Below, one piece after another: positions 24,817 through 37,411 of a DNA stretch of 64,000 nt (the stretch's first letter is position 1; each line of letters begins with the position of its first letter). The DNA comes from Curvularia clavata (taxonomy: Eukaryota). A program made the translations under genes and the position numbers. The notes under the pieces were generated by a model, which saw nothing but the letters and a program-made list of their open reading frames with translations, was not told the DNA's origin and ran no database searches. The stretch covers positions 1,240,001-1,304,000 of the forward strand of contig CP089277.1 in the NCBI GenBank assembly GCA_023920165.1, read 5' to 3'.

Positions 24817-25883
24817 ACCAACGTGCGCACTGGTTGGGTCGTGCGTCAATGAGTGTTATAAGAGTAGTAGTATGAAGATATGTAAAAAGTAATGTGCATC
24901 GTGTTACATGATCAAATACCACAAACTTGGCAAGTGCAAGATTGTCGATGTGATGGAATGAACTAGACAGGCGTGCTTGTTGGGTCGCGGCTTGGACGCC
25001 TTGTTAAGGACGCACGCAGGAATCTGACACCGTAATGACATGCGTGAGAAAACTGACTGATGGTAGCAAGCTCTGATTACTGCGGGAAAGCTACTGGAAA
25101 ATGTGTAGATAGACTATGCACTGCGTTTAGAATCATGATTCTCATCAACCCCTGCCATACGTTCTTCCTAAAGGCTTGTTGCCCTAGCAGAAGACGCGTA
25201 GCTAACGTACTCGTTCTGTACAGGTGTGACAGACGGGGTGCCTGACGCGTCGTAAGCATGTCTTTTGTTTGGGATGCTGTGCAACAGTTAAAGGCTTTGT
25301 TCGCTGTACTGCAGACGCGTCTCGATAACAGATGGCGCTGTGTAGCCTTTCAGTTGCCTACGGCGATTATACTATCCATCTAAGATACTCGCGTGACCAA
25401 CCAAGTCGTGACGCATGCCTATCTCCACAGCGGTGGAGAAGGCCTGGGCCGCACGGGCGGGTTCAACCATGATGTTTTCTGCTAGGCCCACCCTTGCCCG
25501 CCGTTGGTGTCGATGCCTCCTCAAACCTATTAGTGCTGCTTACGGCTCCTACCAAGACATCCTTGCTCGCCGTACAACCATCTCGGGTGCACATCTACCT
25601 TCGACTCATCAACCCTCTTGCTTGTAACCAAAAGTCTGCCACCAGCCCTTTCTACCGACTACTATCTGTGACGTGCAAACAACGCATCGCCCTTCTTGAG
25701 CTTCCGTCTCGCGCTAGTCGAGCTGTCAGATGACAAACATGGAATCGCACAGCTAGTAAGAGCAGGAATCAAAATCAAGACGAGGGATAGTGCACAGCTC
25801 TCCATACGTTCATACCAACGGCTCCGCATCCCACTGCTCTAGCTTCATCTGCGCTTATGCGAGTACAAGGGTCCTGGACCGAC

Positions 25884-28360
25884 ATGACGAACCAAATGGA
25901 TGAGCCCACAGAGCAGCCGGGCGCGCGCAACACGTGGGCAATGAATGGCCAAATCGTCAACAGCCCAGAATCTGATCCACCAAAGAAATCCCAGGACCAG
26001 CCGTTGAACCGCGCTTGTGAGGCTTGTCGCATTTCCAAAGTTCGATGTCTCGTGAACCCAGACACCAGCTCGTCCCAGTGTCAGCGATGTGCCAAGGCCA
26101 ACCGGGCTTGCGTCTTTGCGCCGCCAGCAAAAAGGCGACAAAGGAAAAGGACAGATGTGCGTGTTACCGAATTGGAGAAGGAGATACAGCAGATGCGCAG
26201 CCTTTTACAGGCAAAAGCTCGCTCGTCCAATGATGTGAGCGAACACGAGTCAGGAGACGATGAATTCGAGGAGCACGAGAATACAAGAGAAAAAGCGACT
26301 CCGTCTACTTCACAAAGACATTCGAGTATAGGGACAGCAACAGGGTCGTCAACAAGGCCTGGTAGCTTTGCCACGCCCGCTAGCAAAGCATCAGTGCCAG
26401 AACCCCCGATCGCCAGCGCACCCAAAGAATTTCTTGGGTCGTCTGAGAACGACATTATAGATCGCGGCGTCATTACGGAAGAAATGGCTCGTGAACTCTT
26501 GACCATCTGGCGCAAAGAGCTAGTCGCTGCATGTCCTGGCATTACAGTCCCAAAACACTGGGATGTGTTCGATCTCCGAGCAAATAAACCTGCGCTCTTC
26601 CATGCCATCATGGCCGCTGCTGCGCATTCCAAAGGCTCAGCATTGTCAGACAGGCTACACGAAGAAACAGTGCTTCTTTACGCTCGTTCTGCTTTCGTCA
26701 AGGGCGAAAAATCAGTCCAGGCTATCCAGGCGCTCATAGTTACTGTGTCGTACTACTCGCCGTCAAAGACCCCGGGACAGCTTCAGATATATCAGTGGAT
26801 CAATATGGCTGCCTCAATGGCACTAGAACTGGGCTTGACATCGAAGCCGAGAACACATGAACAACTACCAAAACGTGCCATTCGGTCTCTGCAGAAGATA
26901 TCTTCACCAGAAGAGCTACTGGAACACTGTCGTACTATCTTGTTATTGTACATCATCAGTGCCGGCCTTTCAATGAGATTAAAGCGGCCGAACATTTTGC
27001 TCTTTAATAGCTGGATGGAGGAATGCTCTGGGATTCTTGAAAAGTCAAACTTGTTGGATGACAAGAGAATAGTTGCGTCGCTAAAGCTGCAGAGGATTGC
27101 TGACGAGGCAAACACAGCATTTGGTTTTGACGACGCAAGTACCAGTTTCAGTCTCTCGGAGCTGCGGATGCAGATTATCTTGCGAATCTTTGACCGGAGG
27201 ATGAGAGATTGGAGAAAGTCTGTTCCTGATGATGTGATGACGTGTAGGTTGAATACTGATGTTTCTGAGAGGCATGTTTGACTAAGAGTTACAGTGAATC
27301 GTGAACTGGAGTATTACTCAAACATGCTCGCCATGTGGGAGTTTGGCATGGACGGAGGTCGCTTTGACGGTAAGCCACAATTGCACCGGCTCCAAGAAAA
27401 CACGAGTACTGAGACATGAACCCAGTCATCGATTTTAGAAACAGGCATGTCACGCTTCCAGCCTTGGACGACGACTGCATACAACCCGAATCTCTCCTCT
27501 CTCGCTCAGCCTTACAAATCAACGCGACAACAAAATGCATAGCAATCGCACAGACTATCCTAGATCTCTTCATCGCAGTTCCCGACGACGAGCTACGCAA
27601 ATCACCCAACGTCCTCTACGTCCGAGCCGTCTACTCACTCGTCACCCTCATGAAAGCCGACTACGCCGTAGGCACAGACGCAGAAATGGGCGAATTGCTG
27701 GAAAGCCAAAACCTACGAGTAGGATACTACCTCGACGCCGTACTCCAAAAGACCAGCGACGCAGCCGGCCCGCAGAAATGCCGAAACCCTAGCCACTGGA
27801 ACGTTCTACTCGAGACAAAGCTGAAAAGCTGGTGGGACGAATATCAAGACTGGCGGAAGGAAGAGCGGCATTTGAAGAGACGGAAAACGAAGCCCAGCCA
27901 CGAAGGTAGGGAACCCGTGGCAGGAACAAGTAACCAGACGTCGACTTTTGCACACGCCAACCTCGAAGCTTTAGCCCCGTCTGAAATCAATACTTCGTCA
28001 TCGCACATTACACCAGATCGACAGCCGCAACCTCAACCCCAAGTATCAGACCTCCCCGTCCCAGACTTCAACATGGTAACTCCCTACCCAACAGCTCCCG
28101 CCGCAACCGCCCCATGGGCCCCCACCGAAATGGACCTCGACGCCTCCGCTTCTGCTCAGGCCATTGGCTCTAGCGGTAACGGTGCCGACGATCAAACCAC
28201 CTCCTTCGCGACCGATATGGGCGACTTCTCTGCTGCGTTTCAAAACGGCGATTTGTACTTATGGAATGACCTCACAGCTGAGAACTTTGGGGGCTGGGTA
28301 ACACAGGCGGGTGGGTATGGGGGCATGGAGTTTGGGGATATGAATGTGCAGCGGTTTTAG
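25884..28360 (+). CDS. Zn2Cys6 transcription factor (3 exons)
   Basis: RACEACRISKVRC...QCQRCAKANRACVF cluster followed by a coiled coil and fungal TF region; introns near 27244-27294 and 27370-27425; start codon uncertain (25857, 25884 or 25896). Confidence 0.85.
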
Positions 28361-28618
28361 AAAGAAGAGAGTCAGGGGAGTTGTTCAACGTGCTTCTGAC
28401 GAAGGGGGCGCGGGATGTGTGGGGGAGGTACGTGATACGAATGGAGAGATAGAAGGGAAGGGATAGAGGATACGATTAAGAGTATGTTCAGCTGTATTAT
28501 ATGTTTAAAATGTTGCGTTGATTACATACGTACTATTTCACACTCCAGAGTAAAAGGTTCTCACAAAGTTGGCTTTTCCATTACATTCACCGTGGCTAGG
28601 ACTATGAGACAACATCAT

Positions 28619-30646
28619 CTACAACTTATTCTTCGACGCACCCTCAACCCACTCGATTACCTTCTCCAGCAGTCCCACATCAGCCTTTGCCTGATCCAAC
28701 GCTTCGTCCCCCTCAACCACCAGCGCACCACCACCCGCTGCTAGCTCTTTCTGAAATCTCGCTGCAGTCTGCTTCAACACGTCCAGGTAATGAGACTGAA
28801 TACTGTATGTCTGACCCAGCTCCTTGACGCCCAGCGTGTTGTGGAGATGCTCAGCTTGAAGTAAAAGGTAGTAGAAGTTGATGGCTGCAACGTAGAAGCC
28901 TAATTCCTGGCGGAGTTGCACCCAGAGATCTTCGAGGCTGGTTTCGGAGGTGTAGTGCTTGGAAAGATCAGGCCAGAGGTAGGGGGCAACGGTGGACAAT
29001 GCGACTGGCGTAGCGAATATGTTTGTGTGTTCGTGCTCGTGCTCGTGCTCGTGTCCATCGTCTCCGGAGTGCTGCCGAGGCACGTTTGCTTCGAGCGTCT
29101 CTCCTTTTAGCCATGATACTGCGCTTGCTTTGAGGTTCTCATATGGGCAATGCTCGAGCGTATCGCGAATAAAAGTCAAGCGGACGAGATCGTGGGGGTG
29201 TGAGCGCAGAACGGTTGTTGTCAGATAATGAGCGTGACCTCGTAAGCTTGGCGAAGGTGAATTTGCGGAAATGAGAGAAACTGTCTGCAGATACTGAGCG
29301 AATGACTCGTCGTCCTTTGGTTCGCCAAAATTGTTCTTCTGCAGCGCTATGAGACCCAGAGCAAGAATTGTATCGAGTAGTGGCTCGGGCTCCATGCCGA
29401 CAGTCTGAGGTCCAAGAGTCCCGACAAAGTTGCTGAGAATTGTAGCGTGTCCTGGGAAAATGGCAATTGATAGTGCTTCTTCATCTTGCTTGGCTGGAGC
29501 ATATAGCTCCTGCTTGACGTTTTGTGCAGCAATGAGAAGCAAAGCACCAGTCCTCGAAAGCGGAATGTCTGCGGCCGTGGCAGGCGGCTCGTCCTCTGTG
29601 CCAGGAACGCCCCGCTTCTCCTCATCAGAGTCCATAACAGTTTGCAACAAGTCCTCGTATTTCAGACCCAAATCCTGAGTCAAAGCTACTATTTGGCCCA
29701 AGATGGCGGCTCGTGAAGTTAAGTCTTCCTCATTCGCAAAACGGTCCGCATATTTCTGGTACTTGGGCTTGTTGGGTATCCGCTGCGGCTCATAGCTTTC
29801 CATGAGCCTACTTGCCCACGACAGGCCCGGGACGTCATCGTCTGATTTGAGAGATAATACGTAGTCTTCGAGGACGTGAGTAAGGAACGATTGCAGCAGG
29901 CGGTTGACTAGAGCCGTCTCTTCACTGCTTGGTGCATCGCTCTGCGCTTCCGGATCTGGCTCTGACTGGTTGGTGTTTGTACGTAGGAGATTTCCACTGC
30001 TTCTTCGTGATGGCAAATGCGGCCTCTTTGTTCCGGAAAGCGTCTTAACAAACTTTACCGCAGATAGGGTAAGGTCTTCGATGTGGGTGTTGGCTCGGTT
30101 GTATGCGAGCAAGACGGCCTGCAAACTAGTGGAGAGGAAGCGGCTGGGGTATTTGGTCTTGATGCGCCGATGCAGTGTGGCCAGTATGTCGAGGAGAATC
30201 TCAAACTTCAAGACGGGAAGGGGCGGGACTATAGCGGGTTGGAAGGCGGGACTTGTGCTGGACTCTCCTACTCCCACATCAGGTATTTTGGCCTTGGGTG
30301 CGCCATCCTCATTTTCGTCATCGGTGTCCTCGTGTGGCTCCTGAAACTGCAGCAATCGTAGTGCTTCCGTGACCTTGAGAATGCATTCTCTAGGATTGCC
30401 CTTTGCGGCAACGTCTTGCAAGCATTCCTCTGACAAAGGCAATAGCGGAAGTAACAGATTGATTAAATCCCAGCCAATGGTTGATGTGAGTTCGGCATCT
30501 TGAAGGACCTGGTGCAGGACGGGCAAGTTCTCTTCGGAAAGATTGTACTCAATGATGGTGAGATAGGTAATTGTATCTGTCACAGGTGGGCGTGAGGCTA
30601 GAAGCGGATGCTGGTCCTTCTGAGTGGGATCTTGAGTGTCGGCCAT
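28619..30646 (-). CDS. Ybp1/glomulin-like (DUF1760) Yap1-binding protein
   Basis: Intronless 675-aa ORF with TYLTIIEYNL, IGWDL, GNPRECILKV, RIKTKYPSRFL, FIRDTLEHCPYENLK. Confidence 0.75.
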   Translation of the reverse strand: MADTQDPTQKDQHPLLASRPPVTDTITYLTIIEYNLSEENLPVLHQVLQDAELTSTIGWDLINLLLPLLPLSEECLQDVAAKGNPRECILKVTEALRLLQFQEPHEDTDDENEDGAPKAKIPDVGVGESSTSPAFQPAIVPPLPVLKFEILLDILATLHRRIKTKYPSRFLSTSLQAVLLAYNRANTHIEDLTLSAVKFVKTLSGTKRPHLPSRRSSGNLLRTNTNQSEPDPEAQSDAPSSEETALVNRLLQSFLTHVLEDYVLSLKSDDDVPGLSWASRLMESYEPQRIPNKPKYQKYADRFANEEDLTSRAAILGQIVALTQDLGLKYEDLLQTVMDSDEEKRGVPGTEDEPPATAADIPLSRTGALLLIAAQNVKQELYAPAKQDEEALSIAIFPGHATILSNFVGTLGPQTVGMEPEPLLDTILALGLIALQKNNFGEPKDDESFAQYLQTVSLISANSPSPSLRGHAHYLTTTVLRSHPHDLVRLTFIRDTLEHCPYENLKASAVSWLKGETLEANVPRQHSGDDGHEHEHEHEHTNIFATPVALSTVAPYLWPDLSKHYTSETSLEDLWVQLRQELGFYVAAINFYYLLLQAEHLHNTLGVKELGQTYSIQSHYLDVLKQTAARFQKELAAGGGALVVEGDEALDQAKADVGLLEKVIEWVEGASKNKL

Positions 30647-30916
30647 AGTTTGTTTTGTTTGATGCCAAGCGGTGTCTCCGAACAGCAGCTGATTTGAAAC
30701 CTGGGGAACAAAGCGAGTGATGGAGCCTGGCGGAAAGTGTCCTTGGAGTTGCTGGTCGAACGGCCAGGCCCTGACGCAATGCCAGCCCACTCAATACGCG
30801 GTACACGCGCTAGCCCCGCTGCCGTTCCGCCAAGATGATCGCTCCTGCCAAAGTTCACTGCGACCTCTATTGCGCGGAGCTACACCGCAAGCCACAACCC
30901 CGCCATCTTGCCCACC

Positions 30917-31331
30917 ATGGAAGAAAAAGAAGAGACCAACGAGCCCCTCGACCTTGTGCGCCTTTGTATCGATGAGATCGTCATCGTAAAACTGCGCGGC
31001 GACCGCGAATTGAAGGGCAGACTTCACGTATGTCCCTGCGAAGCTTGATCCAGCATGAATTGAAAGTACCTCGAGCCATGTGCTAATGGTCAAGTACAGG
31101 CCTACGATTCCCACTGCAATCTCGTTCTTGGAGACGTCGAGGAAACCATATACATCGCCGAAGAAGACGACGAGGACCAGGAGCCCCGCGTGCGCACAGT
31201 CAAGAAGCAGAGTGAAATGCTCTTCATAAGAGGTAGGCAGCAGACACGGTGCTGGTATATTGACATAGAACTGACTCTTCGCAGGTGACTCTGTTGTTCT
31301 CATTGCGCCGGCTGAAGGACTGTCGCAATGA
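30917..31331 (+). CDS. LSM3: U6 snRNP Sm-like protein Lsm3 (3 exons)
   Basis: EPLDLVRL...[32 protein letters not shown]...EMLFIR|GDSVVLI. Confidence 0.95.
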
Positions 31332-32504
31332 TGACTGCCTATTCGAATCCAATCAGAAACAGAACCTTAGCACAGGCCTATTGCCCACACCATCTGCCAC
31401 AATGAAGCCATGGCATTCATCAACGAGATACCCGAATACGGGGATAGCAAGGCGCGCTAGTTGGCGCAGACCTCAAGTCATGGCCAGGACTGATGGACAC
31501 GGTGTTTGGAAGCCTAGTTTTCTGGACATTTGCTCAAGCTTGTGGAGGGAAGCCACTCCACCAGTCTTGCCGCGCTCGGAAGGGGAAGAGTGTTGGATAC
31601 AAATCAAAGCCGAATACAATTCACTTCTCAACCATGTCATCGTCTTCTGTTTATACAACATGCTTGCTTCTATACCAGTACACTGCTGCATCCGTCGAAC
31701 AACGCTAGTGGCACCATCACAGATCAACATGGCATTAGTCTAAAAGTGTAAACATTAAGCATTTTCCATGGTCACTGTTCAGTCTATACTATCGACCTCG
31801 TGACATCAGAAAACGCGGATAAACCCAAAGACGCACATAGTGCGATACCCTCTTTAACTCCTGTTTGTGTGTGCTTCCTGCACCCGCTAGAATCCGTTGA
31901 AGAGAAGTGAGAGAAGGAAGAAAGAAAATAAACCCGAAACCGAACATGAACGTGCCGCAAGATGTACAGAATTAGGATATTGCGGGTAGGGTGTTCATAA
32001 CCTCGTGGCTTCGTCACAGAGCCAAAAAGGCGTCCTGATACAAGAAGATACAGTCGAAGAGAATTAAGTGTGTTCAACGTCTGTCCGTTCAGAGAACGGA
32101 AGAGAGCAGCGAATGGTGAGCTGCCTCTTCAGACGGAGCGCGAGAGTGGAATGAAAGTTTGACGCGAAAACGAAAAGATTTAGGTCGGGTATCCATAAAC
32201 ACCTTGCGCCGAACGTCCAAACGAAGATTGGACCAATGTAGGATGGGCCGTCTGCTCAAGTTGAGCATGCTCCAGAAAGCCCCCAATGCGCCGTATTTCA
32301 GAGAACAATAAGCAAGAATGGAGAAGATTTCGGTGATGACCATGTGGGTGCTGATGCTGAGCAGTAGCCGATAGACGTGCTAAGGCTGTTGGTCTCTTGA
32401 CTGACGGGTGCTGGTGAACCATCTCGGTGAGACGTGCTGTCGCACGACCCCTATGAGCCAAGTTAGAACACAGTCAAGCGAAGTAGACATGGAGACGAGT
32501 GTAT

Positions 32505-34497
32505 TCACTTTCGCCTCCAAGTCTGGCTCGCCAGGCTGTCCCTAGACATGAATGGGAGAGAAAAGCCTTTCGAAAGTTCTGCTTCGACAAAGACGGAAGC
32601 ACGCTTGTAGCGCCTGTCAGTATATTTCTCGTACACGGCAGCATGGTGCTTCTGGGGGTTTTCGCAACACTCAAGGATGACAGTGAGGAGTTGTCGGAGC
32701 TGGGTCAGCGTGTACCCAGAGTAGTGCACATGCGGTTGCGACTAGCATCAGTTAGCATTTATATCAGCAGTAAAACGCGCATAGACATACCCAGTCGCCC
32801 TTCTTCAGCATGAAGCGGGCCAAGCAGTGAGCACCTGCAGAGAGGAAGCTAGGAGTGCAACCCACAAAGCGTTCGTCCATGATGGTAATCTCCAAGAAAT
32901 ATTTGGCCAAGGTGCGTGTCTCGAGGTCGTAATCGTCCGCCTTACTGATGCGGCGGAGGAAGCTCATTGGGCCAGGCCATCCCAGCTCAAAGTTAAGCAT
33001 ACTAAGCATGAAGCGTTCAGCTTTGAGGAGTTCATCAGCCGTGTAGGCACCGTCCACCATGTACACAACCTCCTGCACCGAGGGGCAGTTGATCTCCTCG
33101 TACTTGGCTGCGACGAAGAGAGCAGTAGCGCCAACGAGCTGCAGTTTGCCAAGGGAGACAACCTTGCATGAAAGGAAGCGGTCGACGTAGTTAACAGCAA
33201 GGAACAGGGTCTCAGGCAGAAGATTGAACCGGTTGTGGACCTGGACAAGCCAGTCTATGAGGACTGACCGCATAGACCACTGAATCTCAGCCTGATGATC
33301 CATGTAAGACGCGTTAGGCGTCATGCGCTCCTCGAGAGAGTGCATGTATTCGAAAATCTCCTCGCCATACTCAGCGACCATAGAAGTGTCCCACTGTTCG
33401 TCTTCAACGTCTTCCTTTGACTGGTTTGCCTCGACGTATACACGCGCAGCCTCCAGTTCGCGTTGTGTCTTCGCAGTAACACGAGGCGCAAGAACAAGGG
33501 TGACACCTCCAGTAGTGTTGTCACCGCGCGATCGGAGAGACCTGGCGGTGGTATAGCCGTCGGCATCGTAGTATGTCTCTTCTTCTTCCTCGTCCCAATA
33601 CTCCTCTTGTTCGAGGCCCTGAAGGTTGTTTGCCTTAGCAAGCTCTTCATTCCGTTCCTGCTCTAGAACACGCGCCTGTTCTTCGAGCGCATCGAGGTAT
33701 TCGTAACGATCCTCCGCGTTGTTATTCGACTCGGCCTTCTCTTCCTCTTCTGGAATAGTCGCAGGTTGTTCGGACTGTGCCGTAGCACGGTCCACGTTGG
33801 GAAATGAGGATGACTGTGCAGGAAGCGGTTGGTGCGAAGGTACAGACGCGACGGTCGCCTCGGCGGTAGCATTCGAAGATGCCTCTTTGAAGACGGCGGT
33901 GGATGATTTCTTTGAGAGCGTCTTGCGAACGTTGGTGTCGATGCTGACCTGTTTTGGGGCCGCACATGTGACTTCCTTGGTATCTTTGGACGCGTGCTCT
34001 TTGGAAGAGACAATTGCTGCTGATCGCTGCGCTGGTCGTGAAAGCGCACCAGTCTTGGTGGTAGTTTCCTTGGCCGCGGTGGGAGCAGCGTCTTTCAGGA
34101 TCTCAAGGTTCTTCTTCTTGCCGACAATCTGCAAGTCATCCTTCGCCGTAAGCTGTCGGGTAGTGTTGCTAACATCCCCGAACACGGTGCGCTTGACTGC
34201 AGCAGCCTTGATGCCTCCGACCTGTATGATGGTAGATAGGGCCGGCGTGGATTTGTTGCGCGAGTGCAGAGTCTTGCCGGCAGGCAACTGAGGCACCGCG
34301 TTTTCGTCGCGTACACGAAGAGTCCTCATAGGACGTTGTGGCTGTTGACACAGTTTGCGTTAGCAAATCTAGAAGAAGAGAATTACAAGCAAAATAGCAT
34401 GGAGGTGCAAGTGAAGGCTGCTGACATGGCAGCGCGTCCACGCCTTGAGCAAGAATTGGAGGCTTTTGTGACAGTGCAGACTTACCTTTGCGTCCAT
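32505..34497 (-). CDS. CLB3: B-type cyclin, Clb3-like (3 exons)
   Basis: D-box RTVFGDVSN; cyclin box MRSVLIDWL, LPETLFLAVNYVDRFLS, KLQLVG, AKYEE; first exon MDAK. Confidence 0.85.
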
Positions 34498-37411
34498 CAT
34501 GCTCTTGGTGATCAGTCGGAGATCAGAGAGTCGCTAGATGTATGTTGTTGTGTTGACAGCGACGGTTGTGAGGAAGTGGACGATAGGGGCAGCGGAGGTT
34601 GTAGCGTTACAAGTCAGTTGCCTACATAAAGAAACTCTCCATATAAGTTGGCGGGAATGAGATAGGCAAGCCGACGTTGTCGAGTGGCACGAATAGTGGT
34701 GGTAGCGACAAGAGGTCGTAAACTTATATGGAGAGCCTGGAGCTATGCGCGTTTGGATTCAATGTTTATTTACCGACTGGTTTGAGCTCCCACGCAGGGA
34801 TAACGACGCTAAGCCGAAGCCGCCCTAGTAACGGTGCACGGCCCGCCCCTACCCGATCACGCTCACCAGGGACGTCATTGCCGAGGCGAACGCGACAACC
34901 ACCAGGCACCTCAAAAACGTTCTTTGTTTGCGCCGCGCTATGACATTGGTCGGGGGACTAAAAAAATTACTCTCACTATCGAGTACACTCCAAAAGTGAT
35001 ACTGTTGCTTTTCGGCCATTTTCACCTGGCATTGCGACTGCTACGCGCATCTGGCCGAACCCCTCATTCTTGACGCGCCAAGCCTGGATTAGCTGATATT
35101 ACGACGCGACATCACGTGCTCTTGCCTGAACAGACGGCCTTTCTCTGAAACGCTGTATTTACCAGCTCAATTGGCCCAACAATGTACGTAAAGACTATCC
35201 TACTGCCATGGATGGCTTCGGATGCGGTTGCGACAACTGCGCGGGTCTGGAACCTGGGGGCGTTGACCCGCTGGCCGGCGCCCGCAGCCTATCGATCAGC
35301 GCACTGCCACCCAATCTCAAACGGCAGCCTACACTTACCTTTATTGCGGCGCCGTTGCTCCAGGCGATGATCAAGCAGGCTTTGTGCTTGGGAGACGGTG
35401 AAAGAGATTCGTTTTGAGCGTGGCGGGCCGCATGTTTTCTTTGCTTCGTCCCCGCCGCGGCCAGTCAAGGCCGAGAGCTTCACCGACAAAAGTGATGTGG
35501 ACCAACGGCGTCCGTAGCGAGATCGCATGGAGCCAACGATGCGCACAACGTCTTTTCAACAGGTCCGCGACCGAGATCCCTACCACAACCTCCTTGCGCC
35601 GAAGGCGGGAGCCCGAGAGTTGTTCGTCAACCCCTCATTAGTTTCGAGCGGCTGTCCGAGCTTTTTGGCCACGGATTCGCAGAATCGCATGCCGCGCTAC
35701 GCATCCGTATCCGCCATGATCGCTCGGGCACATGCAGGGTCGGGAATTTTGGCAACAGAGATAACAGCCAGTCGCACCATGCTCGGAACATGTTCTTTGT
35801 GCTTGGGCCGGGGGGTGATGACTATGCGCGGGTTGATTACGGGACTTCGCGCTACTAGTTGTATCGTCACCAAACTGTGGGTCGGAGATCATCAGATGAT
35901 TTCGGATGCACTCGTAGAACACAATTCCAGGGTCGCGCAATTCACAAATCGCACAAGCGGTTGCAGCAGCGGCCGGCGACTGATTCAGGGACAATTCTCT
36001 ACAAAATGCATCTAGGCAAGCCGGTGTGTGTGTGTGGCATTGATTGTCGCATGGCGATCTCTCCAATAGACGCTCGGCACCAGCTGGCAATGAATCCACA
36101 GCGCTTCACCCACAGCGGGGACCGACAACCTTCTCTAGCATTCCAACCAGAATTCTGTGCAAAGGCGATCCAGAGTCCGCCATTGCTGGCCCCCAGCGTG
36201 CCCAACATAGCGCTCGCGGATATCAGGGTGCTGAAGCCCTTGCGCTTCTCACTCACATGCAGCGCACGCTTGCACATGGCCAACAAAGCAATGTACCGGC
36301 TTATTGGCCCTGGCCGATGCCATCGAGCGCCCTAGCTGCTGGAAACCGTTTCCCTAAGTGCTTTGGGATCCCACAAGCGACTGACTTGTCCTGTGGCATG
36401 CATTGTAGGCTCATGTACCCATTGGGCGCATAGCTGGCGCCGGGGGGGTCATCTCATGTTTCGGCCTCGACAGCAAGGCTCCAGATATGACCAAGACAGA
36501 TGATGTGTTATTCTGTTTCAATGCGTCCATAGCCCGCATGCGTGGCTAAGGGTGGCCTGTCATCCGTAGTAGTGTATATACTAGTCACCCGGCGAGGCGC
36601 AATCGCATATACTCGCAGAGGGGATGCGCTGTGCTTTCTGTGCCATTTTGCCCTTACGAGTTATATTCCAAGAAGCTTTCACTGCAAAGGCGACCGTCAA
36701 TTTGTGGTTTGAGGCGCATCCGGAAAGTGCGTCGTGACCTTTGAGCGGTCCTAGTCGGGGTGGTCCTTTAAGTGCTTCGCTTCGGTGCCATTGCTCAACC
36801 CACCTCCAACGCATCTCGGTGGCAGTCCACAACCACCACCTTCTCGTAAGTCTCCAACCTTGTCATCAAGCATCTCATCCATCTGGCCTCGCGCTCTGGC
36901 ATCCAGATCGCTTCAATCTACGTCTGCGCATTCCGGCCGCTAACCTGACGCTGCCAGCCAGCGGCGACACACGGGATCGCATCGAAGCGTCCACACAACC
37001 TCCCTGCGCTCCTCGACACAACTATTGGTACGTACACCTCTCTGCATGACTCTGCGACCGAGTTAGCATCTATCCCCCGTTGCGATGCTGCCCCTGTGAC
37101 TCCCGCGCTACCCTCCCTAGAGTCTGTCAATGGGCAGCGGTGACGAACCCCCCAACCGCCTTCTACCCGGCACATGCGCTGCGGAACAAGACAACAGCCA
37201 TTTCAGATGTCATCAAAGCGAAGAAATAGCCATCTGCTAACAGCTTGTCTCCTAGAAACGACATCCGCTTATCCTTCCCCGACCGCCTTTCATCCCAAGC
37301 TGTTGCGACACCGGCAGGCTTGGTGCGCCCCCTACCACAAACACACACACCTACAATACACCCAAACCCTCGATCTAGAGGCTTTGGAATAAACCAAAAA
37401 TACAAGGCTCA

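Noticed and set aside
35182..36433. Overlapping 60-160 aa ORFs in the 2.9-kb cyclin/Zn-cluster intergenic region
   Set aside because: No motifs or consistent splice structure; more likely a long divergent promoter
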